Shown: positions 40,353 through 50,159, numbered from the stretch's first letter. The stretch is DNA of 64,000 nucleotides from Myxococcota bacterium (GCA_044344255.1 JBIJDH010000008.1:64001-128000); one strand, 5' to 3'. Notes: generated from the sequence alone by a model not told the origin. Numbers and translations: made by a program.

Positions 40353-42005
40353 ATGCTCCTCGCGCTCTACCTCTTCGCCTGCCAAGGCCTGCCCGCCGGC
40401 GAACACGAGCCCGCCGCTGCGGCGGCCCCGCTGGGGCGAACGAGCGCCGCCGGCCCCGCCGCCCCTCCGGACGAGGACGCCGACCCCGTCGTGCTCATCA
40501 ACGAGGTGGCCCCCGAGAACGACTCGCTCGTGATGGACGAGGCCGGTGAGCTCGAGGGCTGGGTGGAGCTCTGGAGCCCCGAGGGCGCCCAGGCCCTCCG
40601 CGGCTGGACCCTCGAGCTCGACGGCGAGGCTTGGCCCCTGCCAGACAGCCTCCGCACCGACGACCAGGGGCGCCTCCTGCTCTGGCTCGACGGAGACCTC
40701 GACCAGGGCGAGGCCCACGCCCCCCTCCACCTCGAAGGCGCAGGCGAGCTCCGCCTCGAGGGCCCGTCCGGCGCCCTGGCCGACCGCTGGACCTGGACCG
40801 ACGCCGAGGCCGACCTCGTACTGGCCCGCTTCCCCGACGGCGGCGCGCTCAAGGCCGAGACCACCCTCGCCACCCCCGGCGCCCCGAACCCGGCCGAGCC
40901 CGGCGCCTCCCTCGACCCCTCCGACACCCTCTTCCCCCAGGACCGGGTCCTCCGCTTCGACCTCGACCTCCCCGCCGACAGCCTCGCGGTCCTCCGCGTA
41001 GACCCCTACGCCCCCGTCGTGGCCTCCCTCGCCTTCGAAGGCGTCTACTTCCCACGGGTGAGCGTGCACCTCAAGGGCCAGTGGGGGAGCCTCCGCAGCG
41101 TCGACGCCAAGGCCGCCTTCCGCGTCTCCCTCGACACCTACGGCGACCACCGCCTCCGCGGGATGGAGCACGTCACCCTCAACAACATGGTGCAGGACGC
41201 CTCCTTCGTCCATGAGCGAGAGGCCTGGCGGCTGTTCCGCGCGGCCGGCCTGCCCGGCGCCCGCACCGCCCACGCCGCCGTCTACGTGAACGGCGAGTAC
41301 CGCGGCCTCTACCTCCACCTCGAGACCATTGACGACCAATTCCTGTCCCGCTACTTCGCCGACGGGGACGGGAACCTCTACGAGGGGGAGTACGGCCAGG
41401 ACATCACCCCCTCCGGATACGAGGAGCTCGAGTGGGACGAGGAGGGCTCCGACGACGTCTCCGACCGCAGCGATCTCCTCGGCCTCGCCACCCTGCTCGC
41501 CCTCGAGCCCTCCGAAGCGCTCGTGCCCGAGCTGGAGGCGCGGGTCGACGTCGAGACCACCCTCCGCGTCCTCGCCGCCGAGGTGCTGCTCGGCCACTGG
41601 GACGGGTATTTTTATTACCCCAACAATTACCGCTTCTATCACGACCCGAGCACCGGCCAGTTCACGCTGATCCCGTGGGGCCTCGACCAGACCTTCGGCT
41701 GGACCGGGTCACTGACGAGCCCCTCGGGCCGCCTCGCCCGCTGGATGCTCGCCGTGCCGAGCCTCGAGCGGCGCTGGCAGCTCGCCCTCTGGGAGCTGTC
41801 GGACACCCTGCTCGACCTCGACGTCCGCGCCGACGTGCTCTACACCCAGGCCCTGATCCGCCCCTACGTCGAGGCCGATCCCTATCGAGAGGGCTCGCTC
41901 GAGGACATGGAGGCCGGCGGCCCGGCCACCGCTGACTTCGTCGACGTCTGGCCGGTGGCCGTGCTCGACAGCCTCTTCCCCGCGGGCGCCCCCGACTGGG
42001 AGTGA
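40353..42005 (+). CDS. CotH kinase family lipoprotein with lamin-tail-like domain
   Basis: LFAC lipobox; VLINEV..WVELW..TPGAPN; LKG..S, LNN, VYVNGEYRGLY, HWDGY..NNYRFY, IPWGLDQTF. Confidence 0.85.
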   Translation: MLLALYLFACQGLPAGEHEPAAAAAPLGRTSAAGPAAPPDEDADPVVLINEVAPENDSLVMDEAGELEGWVELWSPEGAQALRGWTLELDGEAWPLPDSLRTDDQGRLLLWLDGDLDQGEAHAPLHLEGAGELRLEGPSGALADRWTWTDAEADLVLARFPDGGALKAETTLATPGAPNPAEPGASLDPSDTLFPQDRVLRFDLDLPADSLAVLRVDPYAPVVASLAFEGVYFPRVSVHLKGQWGSLRSVDAKAAFRVSLDTYGDHRLRGMEHVTLNNMVQDASFVHEREAWRLFRAAGLPGARTAHAAVYVNGEYRGLYLHLETIDDQFLSRYFADGDGNLYEGEYGQDITPSGYEELEWDEEGSDDVSDRSDLLGLATLLALEPSEALVPELEARVDVETTLRVLAAEVLLGHWDGYFYYPNNYRFYHDPSTGQFTLIPWGLDQTFGWTGSLTSPSGRLARWMLAVPSLERRWQLALWELSDTLLDLDVRADVLYTQALIRPYVEADPYREGSLEDMEAGGPATADFVDVWPVAVLDSLFPAGAPDWE

Positions 42006-42012
42006 GACCGGC

Positions 42013-43521
42013 TCAGGGGGCGGCCTCACAGATATACGGCAGCGCCGAGCCGCAGGCGCCGTCATTCCAGGCATAGCCGCTCCACAGGATCTGGACGCAG
42101 TCCTCCCCTCCGGAGTCATTGGGCTCGCCGCTGGCCCAGTTCGTATAGGTCACGTCGTCCCCGTTCGACCAGACCCAGTCCCCCTCGGTGCTGCGGTCAT
42201 TGAAGCCGATCTGCCAGCTCGTGTTGAGGTAGCCCCAGGCGGTGTCCGACACGAGCACCTCCTCGCCGGCGTCGCTGAAGGCGGCGAGCTCGTAGCCCAC
42301 CGTCTGACAGGCGGCCGAGGCGGCCGACCAGGTGAAATAGACCGGACAGAAGAGGTAGGTGCGCCCGTCGAGGTCCTCGGCGGTGCAGCCCCCGCAGGCC
42401 GCCTCGTCGGTGCTCCCATCGCAGTCGTTGTCCGCGGCGTCGCAGATCTCCACGCCGCCGGGGAGGGCCAGGGCGTCGGCGTCGTCGCAGTCCCCCTCGC
42501 AGACGCTGAGGCCGTCGAGATCGCCGTCGAGCTCCTCGTCGGTGCTGGCGTCGCAGTCATTGTCGACGCCGTCGCAGACCTCACCGAAGCTGCCGGCCCG
42601 CATGGGGTCGTGGTCGTCGCAGTCCCCCCCGCAGACCATGACGGTGTCGTGGTCGAGGTCGACCTCGTCGGCGGGCACGACGCCGTCACAGTCGTTGTCT
42701 TCGCCGTCGCAGCGCTCGGCCTCGCCGGGGTTGGTCGCCTCGTCGGCGTCGTCGCAGTCGGTCTCACAGCCCTTGTAGCCGTCGCCGTCCTGGTCACCGC
42801 GGTTGTCGACCTCGCCGTCACAGTCGTTGTCGAGCCCGTCACAAGCCTCCTCGGCCCAGGGGTGGACGCTGGCGTCGGTGTCCAGGCAGTCGCCGTGGCA
42901 GGTGAGGAAGCCGTCGCCGTCGACGTCGAAGCCCTCGTCGGTCTCGCCGTCGCAGTCGTTGTCGTGGCCGTCGCAGAGCTCGGCGCCGTCGGGGCGGGCG
43001 AAGGGGTCGGTGTCGTCGCAGTCGCCGGCGCAGGGGGCGAAGCCGTCGCCGTCCTCGTCCCAGGGGTCGTCGGCCCGGCCGGAGCAGTCGTTGTCGAGGC
43101 CGTCACACTGCTCGACGGCGTCCGGGGAGATGTCCGCCTCGCCGTCGTCGCAGTCCAGGCAGGCCCCGAAGCCATCGCCGTCGCCGTCGGGGGCATCGTC
43201 GACGAGGTCGTTGCAGTCATCATCGACGGCGTTGCACTGCTCCACGGCCCCGGGGTGGACCGCGGCGTCGGAGTCATTGCAGTCGTCGCCGCCGAGGACG
43301 ACGTTGTCGTGCCCGTCCCCATCCGCGTCGGCGATCGGCGCCGGCGGCTCGGCGCTGTCCGAGCCGCCGTCCGCCCCGTCTGCCCCGTCTGCCCCGCCCG
43401 CGCTGTCCTCGGTCGACAGGGCCCCCTTCCCGCTGCCGCAGCCCAGGCCCCAGAGCGGGGCCGCGCAGGAGAGGGACAGGGTCAGCAGCAGGGACGGGAG
43501 GCGGAGGCGGGGGCGGCGCAT
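42013..43521 (-). CDS. MopE-repeat lipoprotein with C-terminal C-type lectin domain
   Basis: ATG 43521; LGC; seven DCDD..E.CDG.DNDCDG repeats; WQIGFND..EG.WVW..Y.NW..GEPND..EDC..WND..C..YICE. Confidence 0.88.
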   Translation of the reverse strand: MRRPRLRLPSLLLTLSLSCAAPLWGLGCGSGKGALSTEDSAGGADGADGADGGSDSAEPPAPIADADGDGHDNVVLGGDDCNDSDAAVHPGAVEQCNAVDDDCNDLVDDAPDGDGDGFGACLDCDDGEADISPDAVEQCDGLDNDCSGRADDPWDEDGDGFAPCAGDCDDTDPFARPDGAELCDGHDNDCDGETDEGFDVDGDGFLTCHGDCLDTDASVHPWAEEACDGLDNDCDGEVDNRGDQDGDGYKGCETDCDDADEATNPGEAERCDGEDNDCDGVVPADEVDLDHDTVMVCGGDCDDHDPMRAGSFGEVCDGVDNDCDASTDEELDGDLDGLSVCEGDCDDADALALPGGVEICDAADNDCDGSTDEAACGGCTAEDLDGRTYLFCPVYFTWSAASAACQTVGYELAAFSDAGEEVLVSDTAWGYLNTSWQIGFNDRSTEGDWVWSNGDDVTYTNWASGEPNDSGGEDCVQILWSGYAWNDGACGSALPYICEAAP

Positions 43522-43593
43522 CGACGGAGCGTACCGCGACCGTCGGCTCCGCGGGGGCCTCGCCCGGAGCGTCGACAGGCAGTATAGGCCCGA

Positions 43594-44919
43594 ATGGCCC
43601 CCCTCCTCGTCGCCTTCGCCTCTGCCGCCGCCCTGGTCGGCCTGGGCGATCTGCGCCTGGCCGCGCCGGCCGCGATCGCCATCCTGCTCGTCTGGGGCCT
43701 CGGCGTGAGCGCGCTGCCTGCGCCCAAGGGCGGGCCCGGCGCCGTCCTGCGCGTCGCCCTGCTGCTGCGGCTGCTGCTGCTCGCCTCGCCGCCCACCCTC
43801 TCGGACGACCTCTATCGATACCTCTGGGAGGGCCACGCCTTCGCCCTCGGGGGAGACCCCTACCTCCTCCCCCCCGCCTCCGCGTTCTGGGAGGCCCTGG
43901 CCCCCGCCGACACCATCCGGCCCCTGGTCAACCACCCCGAGGTGCCGAGCATCTACCCGCCCGCGGCGATGTTCCTCTTCTCCCTGCTCGGGAGCCTCTG
44001 GTACAGCCCGCTCTCGATCAAGCTCTTCATGGGCCTCGCCGACGCCGCCACCGCCTGGGCCCTGGCCGACGTCCTGGCCGGGCGGCGGCGGCGCCTCGAC
44101 GGGGCCTGGCTCTACGCGCTCCACCCGCTCGGCGCGGTCGAGGCCGCAGGCTCCGGCCACCTCGAGGCGGCGGCGCTGCTCTGCGTCGTGCTGGCCATCC
44201 GCGCCTGGGACCGCGGCAAGGGCGGCCTCGGCTGGGCTGCGCTCGGCGCGTCGCTGAAGCTCCTGCCGGGGGTGCTCCTCCTCACGCTCGGCCGACACCG
44301 CCCGCGGGCCCTGGCCCTGGTGGTGGCCGCGGCGCTGGCGATCTCCCTCCCCTTCTGGTCGAGCGGCGCGGCCCTCTTCACCGGCTTCTCCACCTACGCC
44401 CGCGACTGGTCCTTCAACGGGAGCCTCTTCCCCCTCGCCGAGCTCCTCCTCGGCCGCCTCGCCCGCCCCCTGCTCGTGCTCGCGGGCGCCGCGGTGGTCG
44501 TGCTGGCCGCGCGGCGCCGGCGCGACCCCGCCGCCCTCGCGCTCTGGGCCGGCTCCGCCTTCGTCCTGCTCTCGCCGACCGTCCACCCCTGGTATGTCGT
44601 CTGGGCCTGGATCCCCGCGCTGATCACCGGGGTCCGGGCCTGGACGGTGCTCGCCACCCTCGTCCCCCTCGCGTACGTCGCCCTCATCGGCTACGACCCC
44701 GCGACCAGCCGATGGACGGAGCCGCTTTGGCCACGATGGATCATCTACACGCCCTTCTTCCTGGCCTGGGCGGCGGAGTCGTGGAGGCGGCTGACCCGGC
44801 CGGGGCCCTGGGCGCCTTCGCCAGCGCCGATCGCGTCGCGGTCGCCATCCCTGACCTCACCCGCCCCCTCGACTGCCGCCCGGCCCTCGCCGCGCTCCAG
44901 GCCCGCCTCCCGGGGATGA
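43594..44919 (+). CDS. GT-C polytopic glycosyltransferase (GT87/DUF2029-like)
   Basis: LSDDLYRYLWEG, IYPP, GSGH, FNGS, PTVHPWY; many TMs. Confidence 0.82.
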   Translation: MAPLLVAFASAAALVGLGDLRLAAPAAIAILLVWGLGVSALPAPKGGPGAVLRVALLLRLLLLASPPTLSDDLYRYLWEGHAFALGGDPYLLPPASAFWEALAPADTIRPLVNHPEVPSIYPPAAMFLFSLLGSLWYSPLSIKLFMGLADAATAWALADVLAGRRRRLDGAWLYALHPLGAVEAAGSGHLEAAALLCVVLAIRAWDRGKGGLGWAALGASLKLLPGVLLLTLGRHRPRALALVVAAALAISLPFWSSGAALFTGFSTYARDWSFNGSLFPLAELLLGRLARPLLVLAGAAVVVLAARRRRDPAALALWAGSAFVLLSPTVHPWYVVWAWIPALITGVRAWTVLATLVPLAYVALIGYDPATSRWTEPLWPRWIIYTPFFLAWAAESWRRLTRPGPWAPSPAPIASRSPSLTSPAPSTAARPSPRSRPASRG

Positions 44920-45848
44920 AGGTGGTGGTGGGCCTCGGCCTGCACCGCCCGATGAGCCCGGCCGAGCTCGCCCCCTTGGCCGCCTTCCACCCACTCCAGC
45001 ACGACGCCGACGACACCGTCCCCACCGCCGTGATCGACGGCATCCCCGGCGCGGTGTCCCGCCACCTCGAGGGGGTCGATTGGAGCCTCAGCCTCGGGGT
45101 CGGGGAGCTCCACCAATACGCTGGCGTCAGCGGGGGCCACAAGGGCGTGGCGGTGGGCCTCGGCGGGCGGGCCACCCTGGGGGCGCTGCACGGCCGGACG
45201 CGGGTGCTGCAGCCGGGGGTGCGCATCGGCGCCATCGAGGGGAACCCCTTCCGCGCCGCGGTCGACGGCCTCGGCGTCGCCGCAGGCTGCCGGCTCGCGC
45301 TCGTGTTCGTCCCCGGGCCGAACGTCTGGCTCTTTGGCGAGCCCGCCGCGGTCACCCGCGCCACCGTGGCCCGCATCTCCCCCTGGGCGCCCACCCCGCG
45401 CCTCTACGAGGGCGCCGTGCTGCGGGTCCCGCCCGCCAAGGCCTCGAGCTTCTACCAGGCGAGCCGCGCCGCGACCTACCTCGCCCTCTCCCCGAGCCCG
45501 CCCGTCCGCGACGGGGGCACCCTCGTGCTCGACGCCGCCTGCCCCGAGGGCCTCGGGGCCGAGGCGGGCTTCCGGGCGGCCCTCGAGCGCTCGGCCCCCC
45601 CCTGGACGGAGCTCCTCACCGGCCCCGAGCCCAAGGGCGCGGGGGCCCAGCGCGGCGTGATCCTCGCGCTTTTGGCGCAGCGTTATCGGCTGGTCGTCAC
45701 CGGCTGTGAGGCCCCCGAGGCCCTCTTGGCCGTCGGCATCCCCGCCACTCGCGAGCGCCCGCCCTCCGGCCCGGACTGGCTCGAGGTCAGCGCCCCCTTC
45801 ACCCGCATCCCCCAGCTCGTGCCGGCGAGCGAGCCGAGCCCGACGTAA
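44781..45848 (+). CDS. LarA/DUF2088-like (nickel-pincer racemase/epimerase superfamily) protein
   Basis: PDLTRP, GLHR, QHD, HQYAGVSGGHKG, GNP, FYQA, CPEGLG. Start uncertain (44712 or GTG 44781). Confidence 0.72.
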   Translation: MEAADPAGALGAFASADRVAVAIPDLTRPLDCRPALAALQARLPGMKVVVGLGLHRPMSPAELAPLAAFHPLQHDADDTVPTAVIDGIPGAVSRHLEGVDWSLSLGVGELHQYAGVSGGHKGVAVGLGGRATLGALHGRTRVLQPGVRIGAIEGNPFRAAVDGLGVAAGCRLALVFVPGPNVWLFGEPAAVTRATVARISPWAPTPRLYEGAVLRVPPAKASSFYQASRAATYLALSPSPPVRDGGTLVLDAACPEGLGAEAGFRAALERSAPPWTELLTGPEPKGAGAQRGVILALLAQRYRLVVTGCEAPEALLAVGIPATRERPPSGPDWLEVSAPFTRIPQLVPASEPSPT

Positions 45849-47257
45849 GCGAAGCCCACCGCGAAGAGGGTGAGGAAGGGCAGGCTCGCCCACCAGCCCT
45901 CCCGCACCGCGACGCCGATGGCGGCGAGCTCGTAGAGGGCGAGGCTGATCTCCGCCCAGGGGGTCCAGCCCCCCGGGAGGGCGTAGCGGACCGCGCCGCC
46001 GCCTGACTTCGGCGTGCGCACGAAGCTGCGGTCTTGGCCGAAGAGGCCCTCGACCACGGCGCGGCTCTGGTTGACGGCGAGGCCGATACCGAGGGCCATC
46101 ACGAGGGGGATCCGCCAGAGCCGGTCGAGCAGGCGCCCGTGGGCCTCCCGCTCGGCGACGGCGTAGAACAGCCCGACGCTCCCCGTCGACAGAAGCCAAG
46201 CGGCCAGATCGAGGCCGAGCAGCCCCTCGAGCCCGAGCGCCGCCCGCGCCGCCACCGCGAGGGGCAGGAGCAACGCGACCACCAGCACCATCGGGTAGGC
46301 GAGGTTGTTCGTGAGGTGGACCGCCGCCTCCCCCCTCACGCGCAGCGACAGCGGGGCCCGGAGGATGCCCGGCAGGAGCTTGCGGGCCGTCTGCATCGTG
46401 CCCTTCGCCCAGCGGTGCTGCTGGCTCTTGAAGGCGGTCATGGCCTCGGGGAGCTCGGCGGGCACGACGAGATCGCGGAGGAAGAGGAAACGCCAGCCCT
46501 GGAGCTGGGCCCGGTAGGAGAGGTCGAGGTCCTCCGTGAGCGTGTCGTGCTGCCAGCCCCCCGCCGCCTCGATGCAGGCGCGGCGCCAGACCCCTGCGGT
46601 GCCATTAAAGTTGAAGAAGCGCCCGGAGCGGTGCCGCGCCGTGTGCTCAAGCACGAAGTGCCCGTCGAGGAGCACGCTGGAGAGGCGGGTGAGCAGGTTG
46701 TGGTGCTCGTTGTCGTGCCCCCAGCGGGCCTGCACCATCCCGAGCTCCGGTCGCCCCTGGAAGTGGGGAACGATGCGGCGTAAAAAGCCGGGCTCAGGCA
46801 AAAAATCGGCGTCGAAGATACAAATTAGCTCACCCTTGGCCGACCGCAACCCCTCGGCGAGGGCCCCCGCCTTGTAGCCCTCGCGGCTCGCCCGGCGGAG
46901 CACCGTCACCTCCACCCCGCGGGCCTGCCAAGCGGCAGCCCGGGCGAGGGCGAGGGCGGTCGTCTCGTCAGTGGAGTCGTCGAGGACCTGGATCTGCAGC
47001 CGGTCGGCCGGCCAATCGAGGGCGGCGACGTGGTCGATGAGCCGCTCCACCACGCTGCGCTCGTTCCACAGCGGGAGCTGGACGGTCACCCGGGGCTCCT
47101 CCCCGAGGGGGAGCGCGGGGCAAGCACGATCGGGGCCCCGATGCCGGGCGTAGAGGGCGAGGATCAAGAGCCGATGCAGGCCGTAGAGGCTGAGCAGCCC
47201 CACCAGCCCCAGGTAGACGACCACGACCGCCAGCGCGAGCCCCGATGGGAGGTGCAT
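45683..47257 (-). CDS. GT2 glycosyltransferase, cellulose-synthase-like (CslA type)
   Basis: VQLP, LDDSTD, KAGAL, FDADF, TEDLD, QQHRW (D,D,D,QxxRW). Confidence 0.92.
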   Translation of the reverse strand: MHLPSGLALAVVVVYLGLVGLLSLYGLHRLLILALYARHRGPDRACPALPLGEEPRVTVQLPLWNERSVVERLIDHVAALDWPADRLQIQVLDDSTDETTALALARAAAWQARGVEVTVLRRASREGYKAGALAEGLRSAKGELICIFDADFLPEPGFLRRIVPHFQGRPELGMVQARWGHDNEHHNLLTRLSSVLLDGHFVLEHTARHRSGRFFNFNGTAGVWRRACIEAAGGWQHDTLTEDLDLSYRAQLQGWRFLFLRDLVVPAELPEAMTAFKSQQHRWAKGTMQTARKLLPGILRAPLSLRVRGEAAVHLTNNLAYPMVLVVALLLPLAVAARAALGLEGLLGLDLAAWLLSTGSVGLFYAVAEREAHGRLLDRLWRIPLVMALGIGLAVNQSRAVVEGLFGQDRSFVRTPKSGGGAVRYALPGGWTPWAEISLALYELAAIGVAVREGWWASLPFLTLFAVGFAYVGLGSLAGTSWGMRVKGALTSSQSGPEGGRSRVAGMPTAKRASGASQPVTTSR

Positions 47258-47330
47258 TGTCGAGGCGCCTATCGCCGCCGCGGCGCAGTGGGAGGGGGCC
47301 CCTGCGAATGATGCCGAGCCCCGCGCACCC

Positions 47331-48212
47331 TCAGTCCTTGCAGAGGCGGAAGCCGAGGTCAGACGAGCGGCTGCCGGCGTCGGTGGTGTCGAGGGCCTTG
47401 GCCCACGCCGCCATCGAGGGGCGGGCCCAGGAGCCCGGGTGCAACATCCGCTGGTCGCCCGCGCCGTCGGAGAGCCACTCACCCACGTTCCCGGCGAGGT
47501 CCCACACGCCGTCGGGCGAGCGATCGGAGAGGAAGAGCCCCACCGCGCAGGGGCGGCCGAGCGCCTCCTCGCGCGTGTTCGCGTTGCTGCAACCGAAGGG
47601 AGAGCCCCAGGGGTAGGGCCGCTTATCGGGGCCGCGGCTCACCACCCGCCGCTCAGACATCGACAGAAGGCGGGCGCCGTGGGCGTTGGCGTAGGCCTCG
47701 GCCTCATACCAGCTCACCCCCACCACCGGCTGGTTGGCGACGGTGAGGTGGGCGACGGACTCCGGGGCCGACAGCTCGGCCCAGCTCGGCTCGCCGCCCT
47801 CCTTCCAGGCGAGCCCCGCCTCGCTCCAGCTCGCAGGATCGTCGTAGCCGCCGCGGTCGACCCAGGCGCGAAACTCCTGGTTGGTGACCATGAAGCGGCC
47901 CACTTGGAGGCTCGTACCCTCCTCGACGGACACCGGCGCCCAGTAGGCGGCGTCGGCGGGGCTGCACAGGCGCGGATCGCCGAGCTTGCCCAGCACCTCC
48001 CCGAGGTGGAGGCGGAGCGCCCCCTCGGCCACACCCTCTTCGAGCACCTCGGTGAGGAGCTCGGCGAGGCGGGCGCGCGTCTGGGGCTCCATCGCCGCCC
48101 CGGACTCGGATGCGGAGAGGAGCTTTTCAGCCAGCTCGACCAGCGCCTCCGCCCGTTGAACGGGCAGGAGCCCCAAGACCTCACTCAGGCGAGCTGCCAC
48201 TTCGCTGCGCAT
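47331..48212 (-). CDS. FGE-sulfatase/SUMF1-EgtB-PvdO domain protein
   Basis: VTNQEF, PVVGVSWYEA, YPWG, DLAGNVGEW, GFR; ATG 48212 after GGAGG. Confidence 0.85.
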   Translation of the reverse strand: MRSEVAARLSEVLGLLPVQRAEALVELAEKLLSASESGAAMEPQTRARLAELLTEVLEEGVAEGALRLHLGEVLGKLGDPRLCSPADAAYWAPVSVEEGTSLQVGRFMVTNQEFRAWVDRGGYDDPASWSEAGLAWKEGGEPSWAELSAPESVAHLTVANQPVVGVSWYEAEAYANAHGARLLSMSERRVVSRGPDKRPYPWGSPFGCSNANTREEALGRPCAVGLFLSDRSPDGVWDLAGNVGEWLSDGAGDQRMLHPGSWARPSMAAWAKALDTTDAGSRSSDLGFRLCKD

Positions 48213-48278
48213 CCAGACCTCCACGCCCTCCGCCTAACCAACTCCGAACGCAGCCGCCCCGTCGGCCCCAGGGGCCGC

Positions 48279-49310
48279 TCAGCCGCTGAGGCAGCGGGCG
48301 AGCGCGGGGAGGCTGCGATCGAAGCGCCCCGAGGTGCCCCGATGTCCACCCGGGAATTCCTCTGCGACGTGGGGGATCCCGGCCACGCGCAGGGCCTCGG
48401 TGAAGCGGCGGAGCCCGAGCTGGAGGTGGTGCTCGTCACGGTCACCCGCGTCGAGGAAGAGCAGCTCCAAGGCCCCCAGCGCCGCTTGGGCCTCCCCCTC
48501 CGCAGCGCGGCGCACCGGATCGAAGCGCCCCCAGCCGATGAAGGTGTCGAAGTCGACCGCGCCCGTGCGCAGATCGAAGGGCAGGCGCCCGGGGAAGCCG
48601 TCGAGGGTGAGCGCGCCGACCGGATCGTAGGCGGCCGAGAGGCACAGCAGGCTGAGCGCCGCGAAGCTCCCGCCGGTGGGCCGCCCCCAGAAGTCGCGCA
48701 CGAAGGCCCGCGGGCCACCGGCCGCCTGGAGCGGCGCCACCGCGGCCGGGAGCTCCGCGAGGTAGGCGAGGTCAAAGCCCATGTCTCCGGCGTGGCTGGC
48801 CACGGCGGCGAAGCGCCCGGGGTAGCTCATCGCGAGGTGCAACGCCCCGAAGCCCCCGGAGGAGCGCCCCGCCACCCCCCAGCGGCCGCTGGTGCGGAGC
48901 CGACCCTCGACGAAGGGTAGGATCTCCCGCATCAGCCACGTCGCGTAGGCGCCGATCCCCGGCGAGTCCACATACTGCGTCCCGCCGAGGCTGCTCATCG
49001 CGTCCGGCAGCACCGCGAGGAAGGGCGGGCAGCCCTCCTCCACGATCAGCCGATCAATGCGGGCGCCGATCGAGACCTCGGTGAGGCCGCGGGCCAGCAT
49101 CGACTCGCCGGTGCCCGCGTAGGGGGCGAGCAGCAGCACCGCCGGGTACCGACGGTCCGGCTCGTGATCGTAGCCGGGGGGCGTGTAGACCCAGAGATCA
49201 CGGTGGGTGGGGTCTCCCCAGGGGTTGCCCCGGAGCGCGCGGGAGCTGTGATCGAGGCAGCGGAGCTTGCCTCGCTGCTCGGGCGAGAGGTTGGGGAAGG
49301 GTGAGGGCAC
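48279..49310 (-). CDS. Alpha/beta hydrolase, enterochelin-esterase-like
   Basis: NPWGDP, VYTPPGY, GRSSGG, DAGDRDE, FPGGH. Confidence 0.88.
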   Translation of the reverse strand: MPSPFPNLSPEQRGKLRCLDHSSRALRGNPWGDPTHRDLWVYTPPGYDHEPDRRYPAVLLLAPYAGTGESMLARGLTEVSIGARIDRLIVEEGCPPFLAVLPDAMSSLGGTQYVDSPGIGAYATWLMREILPFVEGRLRTSGRWGVAGRSSGGFGALHLAMSYPGRFAAVASHAGDMGFDLAYLAELPAAVAPLQAAGGPRAFVRDFWGRPTGGSFAALSLLCLSAAYDPVGALTLDGFPGRLPFDLRTGAVDFDTFIGWGRFDPVRRAAEGEAQAALGALELLFLDAGDRDEHHLQLGLRRFTEALRVAGIPHVAEEFPGGHRGTSGRFDRSLPALARCLSG

Positions 49311-49335
49311 GGGGTCTCCCAGTCGAGGAGGCGAC

Positions 49336-49599
49336 CTAATGCGGGATCACCGCGATCACCGCCCAGACCACAGCGGCGAGGGCGAAGCCCCCGTAGAAGG
49401 CGCCCTCCACGAGCTCCTGGCGCCGGCGCTCGACCTCGACCGACAGGCGGGCGCGGATCCGCCGGTGCGCGGCCTGGGAGAGCGGGATGGGTACAAGGAG
49501 GCCGACGGGATCGGCCTCCTCGTCGAGGAGGAGCCCGACGGGATCGGCCCCCTCGTCGGCGAGGGCGCTCTGACGCTCGTTCGTGTCGGGGTCTCTCAT
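49336..49599 (-). CDS. Small single-TM protein, putative anti-sigma factor
   Basis: 87 aa; ATGA overlap with the ECF sigma stop; C-terminal TM; internal 11-aa duplication DE(G/E)ADPVGLL. Confidence 0.65.
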   Translation of the reverse strand: MRDPDTNERQSALADEGADPVGLLLDEEADPVGLLVPIPLSQAAHRRIRARLSVEVERRRQELVEGAFYGGFALAAVVWAVIAVIPH

Positions 49600-50159
49600 G
49601 ACAGGGCCTCCGCGATCGCCCGCCGCGCGCGGGCCAGACGTTGACGCGCCGCCTCGGGGCTGAGCTCCAGCACCGTCGCCGCCTCGGCGGGCTCCATCCC
49701 CTCCCCCACCACGAGCAGGTAGACCGCCCGCTGCGCCTCGGGGAGCGCGGCCACCGCCGCCTCCACCCGCCGCGCCGTCTCGGAGGCGGCGCTGACCTCG
49801 GCGGGCGAGGGCGGGCGGGACAGGAAGGCCCCCTCGGCGAGCTCGAGCAGGCGGCTGCCGTCCAACCAGCACCAGCGGCGATGCGAGACCCAGAGGTTCC
49901 GCGTGACGGTGAAGAGCCAGGCGCCGAGGCGCGTGTCGGGGCGGAGGGCGGGCGCGTGACGGGCGAGGCGCAAGAAGGCCTCCTGCACGAGCTCCTCGGC
50001 CACCGCGCGGCTGGCGCCCATGCGCAGCAGCCAGCCGTTGAGGCGGGGGGCGAAGATCTCGAAGGCAAGCTCAAAGGCGCGCGGCTCCAGGGCTTGGAGC
50101 GCGGACAGGCTCACCCGCTCCTCCGCCCCTGCGTCGTGCCGCTCGCCTCGCTCCGCCAC
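49596..50159 (-). CDS. ECF RNA polymerase sigma factor
   Basis: AEELVQEAF, AWLFTVTRN, LP..R.V, E.A..L, RQRLARAR; GTG 50159 after GGAGG. Confidence 0.88.
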   Translation of the reverse strand: MAERGERHDAGAEERVSLSALQALEPRAFELAFEIFAPRLNGWLLRMGASRAVAEELVQEAFLRLARHAPALRPDTRLGAWLFTVTRNLWVSHRRWCWLDGSRLLELAEGAFLSRPPSPAEVSAASETARRVEAAVAALPEAQRAVYLLVVGEGMEPAEAATVLELSPEAARQRLARARRAIAEALS

